Source: an uncultured bacterium
Lineage (GTDB): Bacteria > Patescibacteriota > Patescibacteriia > Magasanikbacterales > UBA922
Length of the DNA stretch: 64,000 nt
Assembly: GCA_937861125.1 (NCBI GenBank)
Contig: CALMAY010000037.1
Location: 196,941 to 260,940, forward strand
Direction: 5' to 3'
The position numbers and the translations under genes were made by a program. Of this stretch, positions 34,756-43,124 are shown one piece after another (the first letter of the stretch is position 1; every line of letters begins with the position of its first letter). Under the pieces are notes generated by a model. It saw only the letters and a list, made by a program, of their open reading frames with translations. It searched no databases and was not told the DNA's origin.

Positions 34756-35748
34756 ATGCAACGAATCCTTACAGGCGACCGTCCTACCGGCAAACTTCAT
34801 ATTGGGCACTATCTTGGTTCCCTGCAAAATCGCGTTAAACTGCAAGATGAGTATGAGCAGTTTATTATGATTGCTAATGTGCAGGCATTGACAGATAACT
34901 TTGCTCATCCAGAGAAGGTGCGAGAAAATATTGAAGAATTGCTGTGTGACTATTACGCAGTGGGAATCGACTTTACCAAAAGTACCGTTTTTATCCAAAG
35001 TGAAGTACCAGAGATTCATGAGATTTTTATTTATCTTTCCAACTTTGCAACACTCCAGCAGCTCTCACACAACCCAACACTCAAAACAGAAATTGCACAA
35101 AAGAAATTTGAATCATCCACTCCGCTTGGGTTCTACATCTATCCACTGCATCAGGCGGCGGATATTCTCTGTGTCAATGCTGACTTGGTTCCAGTTGGAC
35201 GTGATCAGGCACCGATGATCGAGGATTGTCGTGAGCTCGCACGCAAGTTTAATGCGACCTATGTTGTCTCAGCACTCCATGAGCCACAAGCACTTTTTGG
35301 TGTTTCTAAAAATGTGCCAGGTATTGATGGAGGAGAGAAAATGGGCAAGAGTCTCGGGAACGCTATCTATCTCTCTGACACTGAGGATGAACTTCGTGTC
35401 AAAATCAAAAAAACAAAATCCGATCCAAATCGTAAGAGTCCGACTGATCCGGGTGTGGTCGAGGATAGTACGGTATTTACCTATCATGATCTTTTTAACG
35501 ACAATCTCTCTGAGGTGGAGGAGCTCAAAGCTCGCTACCGTGCAGGAACTGTAGGAGACGCAGAGGTCAAAGATCGTCTTTTTGTTGCAATGAATCGAGT
35601 GCTTACTCCGATTCGTCAGCGACGTGCTGAGGCAGAGGGAAAAAAAGCTGAATTGCTTGCGTCTGCACTGGAGGGAAGCCAGAAAGTTCGTACGATTGCA
35701 CGCGGTGTGGCAGATAGCATGAAGGAGGCGATGAAAATTAAATTTTAA
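34756..35748 (+). CDS. trpS: Tryptophanyl-tRNA synthetase
   Basis: ILTGDRPTGKLHIGHYLGSL (HIGH) and KMGKSLGN (KMSKS). Confidence 0.88.
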   Translation: MQRILTGDRPTGKLHIGHYLGSLQNRVKLQDEYEQFIMIANVQALTDNFAHPEKVRENIEELLCDYYAVGIDFTKSTVFIQSEVPEIHEIFIYLSNFATLQQLSHNPTLKTEIAQKKFESSTPLGFYIYPLHQAADILCVNADLVPVGRDQAPMIEDCRELARKFNATYVVSALHEPQALFGVSKNVPGIDGGEKMGKSLGNAIYLSDTEDELRVKIKKTKSDPNRKSPTDPGVVEDSTVFTYHDLFNDNLSEVEELKARYRAGTVGDAEVKDRLFVAMNRVLTPIRQRRAEAEGKKAELLASALEGSQKVRTIARGVADSMKEAMKIKF

Positions 35749-35781
35749 AGAACATAGAGCAAAGAGTAGGGAACAAAATAT

Positions 35782-35804
35782 ACGCGCGACAAGCGCGTTT
35801 TTTG
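35782..35804 (+). terminator. Terminator of trpS
   Basis: cgcgc-gacaa-gcgcg plus T6. Confidence 0.65.
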
Positions 35805-35828
35805 TTTTTGTGGTATACTATTGGAAAA

Positions 35829-35912
35829 TCCAAAGATACAAACACCAAGAAACAAATAGAGCGCATAAAGTTAATTTGTTTCTTGTATCTTGTTTCTTTT
35901 AATTTTCATCAT
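35829..35912 (+). repeat. GATACAA/TTGTATC-family element with an internal hairpin (caagaaacaaat ... atttgtttcttg), ending at the ATG of the downstream gene
   Basis: caaagatacaaacaccaagaaacaaat-16 nt-atttgtttcttgtatcttgtttcttttaattttcatcatATG. Confidence 0.7.
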
Positions 35913-36902
35913 ATGATTCATGAACCCACCTACCGCGATGCACTTCGTGCTGCGTGGAGATGTACTACCGCACATCCTATTTTATTGTTGCTTGGTGTCT
36001 TTGCAACGTTTGTCGGACAGCTTGGTATTTTGGAAGTAGTGACACGTGTGGCGTTTGTCGATCCAGAGCGTTCGATGGTGCCGTGGTGGGTAGTGATGCC
36101 TGATTTTGTTTTTTCACCACTTTCTTTGCTTCCATCATTACATCTGTCTGCACCACAGTGGGCAGCTGTGGGGTTGTTTCTTACTGTTTGTGCTGGATTT
36201 TTTTTCTTTCTGATTTTTGTCTCTGTTACTTCTCATGGTGCACTGGTATATGCGACTGCCAAGACGTTTCGTCGTATTGGGAGTACACCGCATATGAGTG
36301 TCTCGTGGCATGTAGGACTCTCTCATTTTTGGAAATTACTCAGTATCCATATTGTTCGCAAGCTGGTTTTGTTTATTACTATGATGGCAGTGGGATTTGC
36401 GTTGGTCAATGGGGTGATAGACGCAACACTCTCTGATTTGTTCCTCTTTATTGCATTGTTTATCCTCGCAGTACTTGTGGCGATGGTCGTATCATTTGTC
36501 TGTGTGTATGCGACACTCTATATTGTGATTGAGGAATATCGACCTGTGGAAGCGTTACATAGAGCATGGAGATTGTTTATGAACCACCGGATTGTCTCTC
36601 TTGAGGTTGGTCTGATTGTGTTGGCAGTAGATGTTATTGTGAGTCTTCTTGTATTGGCATTTTTCTCTGTAGTACTCATACCAACGATATATTTGTGGTC
36701 TAGTGTTATTATGCTTCTTTCATTCCCTTTGTTTGTCCTCAGTATTGCTATTGTGGCGACGTTGGCAGTATTACTTGTTATGTTTGTGGGGTCTGGAATG
36801 ACGGTATTTACCACGGCATTATGGAGTTATCTCTTTATGCGTATGCACAAAGAGGGTATCGTCAGTCGGGTACTTCACGCTGCCGGTGCATATAAAAAAT
36901 AG
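35913..36902 (+). CDS. Multi-pass membrane protein, function unknown
   Basis: Multiple hydrophobic segments. Start trimmed to MIHEPTYRD. Confidence 0.55.
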   Translation: MIHEPTYRDALRAAWRCTTAHPILLLLGVFATFVGQLGILEVVTRVAFVDPERSMVPWWVVMPDFVFSPLSLLPSLHLSAPQWAAVGLFLTVCAGFFFFLIFVSVTSHGALVYATAKTFRRIGSTPHMSVSWHVGLSHFWKLLSIHIVRKLVLFITMMAVGFALVNGVIDATLSDLFLFIALFILAVLVAMVVSFVCVYATLYIVIEEYRPVEALHRAWRLFMNHRIVSLEVGLIVLAVDVIVSLLVLAFFSVVLIPTIYLWSSVIMLLSFPLFVLSIAIVATLAVLLVMFVGSGMTVFTTALWSYLFMRMHKEGIVSRVLHAAGAYKK

Positions 36903-36910
36903 TGTTTTGT

Positions 36911-38656
36911 ATGAATGGGTTTGGTCAGTCGTTGATTCCAAATAAAATTCCAACAGCAGTGTCACATGATACAGGTGATTTGTCGCACCCAACTATCGCT
37001 GTCTCTACAAGTGAGGTGCAAAAGGCTTTTGAAAAAAAAATGGATGAAGTGGGTGTGAAACAGCGAGAAGCAGAGACAATCAAGAATGCACAAATATATG
37101 GGGTGCCATATATTGATTTAGATAAATTTCCACTTTCTCATGCGGCTCTGCGGCTTGTCAGTGAAGATCAGGCACGACTCAATGGTGTTGTTTGTTTTTT
37201 TGCTACTGAAACGGATGTTCGTGTGGGAGCACTTGAACCAAAGAGTAGTAGTGTGGCCAATATCGTAGATCAACTACATACTCGGACAAGCGCACATGTC
37301 TCAGTATATATGATTTCACAGCATAGTTTTGATCATGTGATGGAGATGTACAAGACGATGCCGTATGTCAAGCCGATTACCAAAGATGTATCCATCTCTG
37401 AGGAAGATTTACAAAAAGTATCTGCAGATATTAATGATATGCAGTCACTTGCAGCGTTACTCGCTCATGCGAATGCGTCAAGTAGTTTGACGTTGATACT
37501 GGGAGCTGCATTTAAACTTAATGCATCAGATATACATGTTGAGGCCGAAGAAACACGTGTGGTGGTACGTTTTCGTCTCGATGGAATATTGCATGATGCA
37601 GCAGAGATGCCTCGAGAGATGTATACCAAGCTGGTAGGACGTATTAAGTTACTTTCATCGCTGAAGATGAATATTTCCAATGTGCCTCAGGACGGTCGTT
37701 TTACTATTAAGTTTCAATCAGGCGACGTTGATGTGCGTGTGTCGACTATTCCGACTGTGTTTGGTGAGAGCATTGTGTTACGTCTATTGCGTCAATCGCG
37801 AGAGGGTATTGGGCTTGATATACTGGGTCTATCCGCACGTGATTACAAGGTATTGATGACTGCAATTGAAAAACCAAATGGTATGATTGTCACCACAGGA
37901 CCAACAGGAAGTGGTAAGACAACAACATTGTATGCCTGCATGCATCTTCTCAATAAGCCAGGAGTCAAGATTGTCACATTGGAAGATCCGGTGGAATATC
38001 GTATGGATGGAATCAACCAAAGTCAGATTGATCATAGTAAAGGATATACGTTTGCCAAAGCACTTCGTTCGGTACTTCGTCAGGATCCTGATATTGCAAT
38101 GGTGGGAGAAATCCGTGATTTGGAAACTGCTGAAGTGTCAGTGCAGGCAGCATTGACAGGTCATCTTATTCTCTCGACAATTCATACTAATAGTGCGGCT
38201 GGTGCAATTCCACGTTTCTTGTCTATGGGGGTGCAGCCTTTTTTACTCGCACCAGCATTGACATGTGTGATGGGGCAGCGTTTGGTACGAACACTCGCAC
38301 CAGAACACAAAGTAGTAGCAACACTTACACCAGAGCAGCAGGCTCGTGTGGATGCGCTGATTGCTGATATGCCAGAAGAAGTCCGTTTAGAGGTGGAAAA
38401 AAAGCCAAAGATATTTTATACCGCACCAGAGTATACAGAATCAGGAGAGCTTGGGTACAAGGGGCGTATTGGTATTTATGAGATGTTTGAGGTGACGCCA
38501 GAGCTTTCACAGATGATGCTTTCACCATCTGTGTCAGAGTATGATATCGAGCGTGTGGCCAAAAAGCAGGGGATGCTGACAATGGCACAAGACGGATTAA
38601 TTAAAGCACTCAATGGTATTACGTCACTTGATGAGGTGTTGCGTGTAGCGGGATAA
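36911..38656 (+). CDS. pilB: Type II/IV secretion / type IV pilus assembly ATPase (GspE/PilB family)
   Basis: GPTGSGKTTTLYA (Walker A), ALRSVLRQDPDIAMVGEIRD and LTGHLILSTIHTN. Confidence 0.85.
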   Translation: MNGFGQSLIPNKIPTAVSHDTGDLSHPTIAVSTSEVQKAFEKKMDEVGVKQREAETIKNAQIYGVPYIDLDKFPLSHAALRLVSEDQARLNGVVCFFATETDVRVGALEPKSSSVANIVDQLHTRTSAHVSVYMISQHSFDHVMEMYKTMPYVKPITKDVSISEEDLQKVSADINDMQSLAALLAHANASSSLTLILGAAFKLNASDIHVEAEETRVVVRFRLDGILHDAAEMPREMYTKLVGRIKLLSSLKMNISNVPQDGRFTIKFQSGDVDVRVSTIPTVFGESIVLRLLRQSREGIGLDILGLSARDYKVLMTAIEKPNGMIVTTGPTGSGKTTTLYACMHLLNKPGVKIVTLEDPVEYRMDGINQSQIDHSKGYTFAKALRSVLRQDPDIAMVGEIRDLETAEVSVQAALTGHLILSTIHTNSAAGAIPRFLSMGVQPFLLAPALTCVMGQRLVRTLAPEHKVVATLTPEQQARVDALIADMPEEVRLEVEKKPKIFYTAPEYTESGELGYKGRIGIYEMFEVTPELSQMMLSPSVSEYDIERVAKKQGMLTMAQDGLIKALNGITSLDEVLRVAG

Positions 38657-38696
38657 TTTCTTATTTTTTATTTTTTGTGTTATACTAGTTGTCACT

Positions 38697-39821
38697 ATGA
38701 CACCCAGACATATCGAGACACGTGTACCCACACAGCCAGTACGCGTTTACAAAATACTTGCAATTACATTTCTCACTATTACTGTGATTCTTCTTGCGGT
38801 GATTGGGTTTATGTCTTCCAAGCGTGCGACGATTACCATCACGACCAAAGAAACTCCGGTGGAGACCAATGTTCGTGTCGCACTCTCTGACGTAAATGGA
38901 AGTATTTCAACGGTCACTACTACTCAAACACAAACATTTTTTGTTACTGGGGGTGCTGAAGTCCCTGGTAAGGCTACAGGAATGATGCGAATTTACAATA
39001 CCTCTGCTACTGCGCAGCCATTGGTAGCCACGACACGTTTTCTTTCAACTGGTAATGTTCTCTTTCGTCTCAAAGCAGGAGTAGTGGTTCCTGCAAATGG
39101 ATTTATTGATGCAGAAGTAGCTGCTGACAAAGAAGGAAAAGAAGGAAACATTGGTCCAGATTCTTTTACTATTCCAGGACTTGATGCTGTGAGACAAAAA
39201 GAGGTGTATGGGAAAACAGAAAGTGTAATGCAGGGTGGTATTCGTACGCAAGGGGTGGTGTCACAAAAAGATCTTGATGTTGCTCAGGCAACACTTGAAC
39301 AAAAGATATTGGATACCGCAGCAACATTGTTTACAGATTTGGTAAGTACGAGTACAAACGCGTTATATTCAGTACATAACACACAGTTTAGTACCGGGGT
39401 AAAAGTAGGAGATACGGTTAGTGAGTTTGGTGGCTCTCTTACGGCTGATGTTACTCGTGTGTACTATGATGCGTCTATGATACAAAGTAAAGCCACGGAA
39501 TCGCTCTATGAACGTGTGGTAGATGATGCAGAACATATTGATTTGGGGAGTGCGGAGCCTGTTGTTACAATAGGGTCACTCACAACTGAGCCAAAGACAA
39601 CTGAACTTTCTGTAGTACTCTCAGGTGTAGCGACACTCAATCCAGATAGTCCGAAACTTGAAAAATCAGTATTTTTTGGTAAAACAAAAGATGAAATTCG
39701 TCGCTATGTCCTCACGATGGATCATGTCCATGGAGTAGATATACATTTTTCTCCAGCGTGGATGCAGACAGTACCACATGTGGCAGATCATGTAGATGTG
39801 GTGATTAAGGAAGTGAAATAA
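38697..39821 (+). CDS. Hypothetical N-terminally membrane-anchored protein
   Basis: One TM segment (ILAITFLTITVILLAVIGF) followed by a beta-rich region. Confidence 0.5.
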   Translation: MTPRHIETRVPTQPVRVYKILAITFLTITVILLAVIGFMSSKRATITITTKETPVETNVRVALSDVNGSISTVTTTQTQTFFVTGGAEVPGKATGMMRIYNTSATAQPLVATTRFLSTGNVLFRLKAGVVVPANGFIDAEVAADKEGKEGNIGPDSFTIPGLDAVRQKEVYGKTESVMQGGIRTQGVVSQKDLDVAQATLEQKILDTAATLFTDLVSTSTNALYSVHNTQFSTGVKVGDTVSEFGGSLTADVTRVYYDASMIQSKATESLYERVVDDAEHIDLGSAEPVVTIGSLTTEPKTTELSVVLSGVATLNPDSPKLEKSVFFGKTKDEIRRYVLTMDHVHGVDIHFSPAWMQTVPHVADHVDVVIKEVK

Positions 39822-39837
39822 TATTGTTAAACAATAT

Positions 39838-39867
39838 AAAAATCTCCCGCTGTTGGGAGATTTTTTT
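39838..39867. terminator. Bidirectional terminator (atctccc-gctgtt-gggagat)
   Basis: 7-bp stem flanked by an A-run and T7. Confidence 0.75.
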
Positions 39868-39884
39868 GTACCAGCTTGTGTGTT

Positions 39885-40943
39885 TTATTCATTGTTTCTA
39901 TATACTGCTACTTTTTTGCATAGTGTGTGTTGGGTGGGGTCACTGAATGTGGTGTCGCATAGATGCTCGGATTCTTCATTGGTTAGTGTAGTTTGTTCCA
40001 TACTTTCAATGTCAAAGAAATAGTACAAAATACCACCCTCTATACATGCATCTGACAATGTCGTGTTGGTAAAATTTTTGCAGGTATTAAGTGCTGTTGG
40101 TGGATGGTCGATATGATATTTCATGAGCGAATGACCAGTCCCTGCTGCACAGGTTGGCATGTAGTTTGTTTCTACAGATTCACACAGGTCTTGATAATAG
40201 GTAAATGATACCTCTTTTTGATGTGCGTATATACGAGGAAGATAAAAATAACAACTTGTTTTGTATGGCGTTTTGGTATTTATGCAGTAAGTGGGTGCGG
40301 TAGTTGAGAGGTCTGTGGTTAGAGTAGTACTTGTTGTGTCATGCATACCAGTTTCTTCTAAGTCAAATACATGCATCCAGACACCATCAAAACAGTTTCT
40401 ACGGCCTACTATTGGGAGTAGGTCACAATATGACAATGATGCGGGTGTATTAAGTTTGGTGGCAATCATCAGTCCATGGCCAATACCGTGGTAACATGAA
40501 CCATCACCTATAGGACAGATGACGGGGAGTTGCTCAATAATATCTTTTTCTTGGAGTAAACCGAAGCGACTTTCAATGATGCCATGTATATATCCACCAC
40601 CACAGATACCATCTTGATATGACATGGCTTTTGAAAATCCAAATGTTTCAAATGCTTCGTGCCCCATTTTGTGAGCAATGCCGTGGCATGTGTTATGTGC
40701 TATAGGAGTGGCTGCCAGTATTTCTCGATATCGATGAAATGCTGCAGGAGGGTCGTGGCGGACGAGTTCGATGAGCTCGTCTTGATATGATGAGTATTGT
40801 TTGGATGTGGCTATATCATACTGGTAACTGATAAATCCTCTGTGTTCATATATAAACGGTATTACTAGGCTTCCAATAGCAAGTATCCCAAGAGATGTAC
40901 TGACGTAGTATAATATGTGCTTTTGTTTTTTTGAAAGTACCAT
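39885..40943 (-). CDS. Hypothetical membrane-anchored Cys/His-rich protein
   Basis: TM segment at the N-terminus. Repeated CHGIAHKMGHE / CYHGIGHGLM-type motifs. Start trimmed to the ATG at 40943. Confidence 0.5.
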   Translation of the reverse strand: MVLSKKQKHILYYVSTSLGILAIGSLVIPFIYEHRGFISYQYDIATSKQYSSYQDELIELVRHDPPAAFHRYREILAATPIAHNTCHGIAHKMGHEAFETFGFSKAMSYQDGICGGGYIHGIIESRFGLLQEKDIIEQLPVICPIGDGSCYHGIGHGLMIATKLNTPASLSYCDLLPIVGRRNCFDGVWMHVFDLEETGMHDTTSTTLTTDLSTTAPTYCINTKTPYKTSCYFYLPRIYAHQKEVSFTYYQDLCESVETNYMPTCAAGTGHSLMKYHIDHPPTALNTCKNFTNTTLSDACIEGGILYYFFDIESMEQTTLTNEESEHLCDTTFSDPTQHTLCKKVAVYRNNE

Positions 40944-41020
40944 AACGCATGTCTGAAGTTGATGTTGCTTTTTTATGTGAGTATAGCATTGCTTGTGCCT
41001 CTTAGCAATTTTTTTGAACC

Positions 41021-41049
41021 TTGACAATAGCTCTGTAAGGTTATAGTAT
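41021..41049 (+). promoter_or_regulatory. Promoter of the thrS leader (TTGACA, then TATAGT/TAGTAT)
   Basis: ttgaca atagctctgtaaggt tatagtat. Confidence 0.45.
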
Positions 41050-41054
41050 AGATA

Positions 41055-41233
41055 TATTCGTCAAAGAACCAGCCCAGCTTGCCCGGAGTACAGCCGAAAG
41101 ACTAGTCTCAAGAATAGTATGGTACCACTCTTGGAGATCTGACAATGTATCAAAAGTATAATCTCGGGTGGAACCGCCGAAAGGCCCCGATGCGGTATCA
41201 ACAGTGTTGTTGGTGTTGTGTCGGGGTTTTTTT
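41055..41233 (+). promoter_or_regulatory. T-box riboswitch leader of thrS
   Basis: T-box core GGGTGGAACCGC at 41166-41177. Antiterminator is cggg[tggaacc]gcc-gaaa-ggc-cccg. The competing terminator is ggccccga(41183-41190)...tcgggg(41221-41226) plus T7. Confidence 0.8.
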
Positions 41234-41289
41234 ATTTACTAGTTCATAGCCAGTAGTTCGAAGCCAATAGGAATTATATATTTAGTTTT

Positions 41290-41313
41290 AATCTCAATCT
41301 CAATCTTAATCTT
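41290..41313 (+). repeat. Hexanucleotide array AATCTY x4, 7 nt upstream of the thrS ATG
   Basis: aatctc aatctc aatctt aatctt. Confidence 0.8.
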
Positions 41314-41320
41314 TTTATAT

Positions 41321-43066
41321 ATGTCAGAACAGAATCTCGAACATCTCCGCCACACTGCAGCCCACCTTCTCGCTGCGTCAGTGTTGGAATTATATCCAAA
41401 CGTCAAACTAACTCTCGGTCCTGCGATTGAAGATGGGTTTTATTATGATATGGATTTTGGTGACGTGAAACTCTCTGAAGAGGAATTACCAAAGATTGAA
41501 AAGAAGATGGAAGAACTTGTTAAGCATTGGAGTGAATTTACACATCGTGAAGTGTCTGTCGATGAGGCACGGCAGATCTTTGTGGGCAATGAATACAAGC
41601 TCGAATTGATTGATGGAATTGTTGAACGTGGAGAAGCGATTACACTGTATACGTGTGGTAATTTCACAGATCTCTGTCGTGGTGGGCACTGCGAGGAGCC
41701 AAAGAAAGAATTGCGCAATTTCAAATTACTCAGTGTTGCTGGTGCGTACTGGCGTGGGAGTGAGGAGAATGCGATGTTGACTCGTGTCTATGGTACGGCA
41801 TTTCCTACCAAAGAAGAGTTAACTCACTACATTTGGCAACAGGAGGAGGCAAAAAAACGTGATCACAAAAAACTAGGTCGTGAGCTAGGTCTATTTACGC
41901 TCTCACCGTTGATTGGGTCTGGTTTGCCATTGATGCAACCAAGAGGAATGATTGTTCGTAAGGTGATTGAGGATTATTTGTGGGAATTGCACAAAGAGAA
42001 GGGGTATGACCGTGTCTGGACCCCGCATATCGCCAAAGAAGATCTCTATGTGACCTCAGGACATGCTGTCAAGTTTGGTGATGAGCTCTTTCGTGTGCAG
42101 GGCAAGGAAGAAAAGTTTTTTCTCAAACCAATGAATTGTCCACATCACATGCAGATTTTTGCAGATAATCAATTCTCGTATCGTGATTTGCCGGTGCGCT
42201 ACTTTGAACCAGCGACGGTGTATCGTGATGAAAAGAGTGGGCAGCTCGGTGGTCTGACTCGTGTGCGCAGTATTACACAGGATGATGGGCATCTCTTTTG
42301 TCGTGTGTCTCAGATTGGAGATGAGGTTGCGACCATTGTCTCAGTGATCAAGCAGTTTTATACGACGATGGGACTGATGAGGGACTACTGGGTGCGTCTC
42401 TCTGTGCGTGGGGAGGATAGGACGCAATATCTGGGGTCAGACGAGGTATGGGAAAAAGCAGAGGGGGCGCTGGAGAATGCAGCCAAAAGTATGGAACTCA
42501 ACTATCGTCGTGTAGAGGGTGAAGCAGCGTTCTATGGTCCAAAACTCGACTTTATGTTCAAGGATGCGATTGGTCGTGAGTGGCAGCTGGCAACAATCCA
42601 GTGTGATTTCAATCTCCCAGAACGATTTGATCTCTCGTATGTCAACGAATCTGGTGAACGTGAGCGTCCAGTGGTTATCCATCGTGCGATCTCTGGTTCA
42701 CTCGAGCGATTTATGGGTATCATCATTGAGCATTTTGCGGGGGCGTTTCCGCTGTGGCTCGCTCCAGTACAGGTAGCAATCCTTCCAGTATCAAGTGATA
42801 ATCATACTGCTGGAGCAGAGGAAATGGCGCAGAAGTTGCGTGGGTATGGTCTACGTGTGTCGGTAGATAGTGCGGATGAGTCAGTGGGTAAAAAGATTCG
42901 CAATGCTGCGAAAGCAAAGATTCCATACGTCCTCGTCGTGGGTGACAAAGAGCTAGGTGGCGAAGACTTAATGGTGCGTGTGCGAGGGCAAGAAGAACAA
43001 GTGAGTATGAGTATGGATGTATTTGTCAGTCGATTACAACAAGAAATTTCATCTCGATCATTATAA
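41321..43066 (+). CDS. thrS: Threonyl-tRNA synthetase (short form without an N-terminal TGS domain)
   Basis: LRHTAAHLLAASV (editing-domain HxxxH), NCPHHMQIF and TRVRSITQDDGHLF. 581 aa. Confidence 0.88.
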   Translation: MSEQNLEHLRHTAAHLLAASVLELYPNVKLTLGPAIEDGFYYDMDFGDVKLSEEELPKIEKKMEELVKHWSEFTHREVSVDEARQIFVGNEYKLELIDGIVERGEAITLYTCGNFTDLCRGGHCEEPKKELRNFKLLSVAGAYWRGSEENAMLTRVYGTAFPTKEELTHYIWQQEEAKKRDHKKLGRELGLFTLSPLIGSGLPLMQPRGMIVRKVIEDYLWELHKEKGYDRVWTPHIAKEDLYVTSGHAVKFGDELFRVQGKEEKFFLKPMNCPHHMQIFADNQFSYRDLPVRYFEPATVYRDEKSGQLGGLTRVRSITQDDGHLFCRVSQIGDEVATIVSVIKQFYTTMGLMRDYWVRLSVRGEDRTQYLGSDEVWEKAEGALENAAKSMELNYRRVEGEAAFYGPKLDFMFKDAIGREWQLATIQCDFNLPERFDLSYVNESGERERPVVIHRAISGSLERFMGIIIEHFAGAFPLWLAPVQVAILPVSSDNHTAGAEEMAQKLRGYGLRVSVDSADESVGKKIRNAAKAKIPYVLVVGDKELGGEDLMVRVRGQEEQVSMSMDVFVSRLQQEISSRSL

Positions 43067-43080
43067 AAATATCATACATA

Positions 43081-43117
43081 AAAAACCTCCGAAGTAGAGA
43101 TCGGAGGTTTTATTTTT
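43081..43117. terminator. Bidirectional terminator (acctccga...tcggaggt)
   Basis: 8-bp stem with flanking A5 and T-runs, between convergent thrS and the PP2C-like gene. Confidence 0.75.
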
Positions 43118-43124
43118 GATTTTA

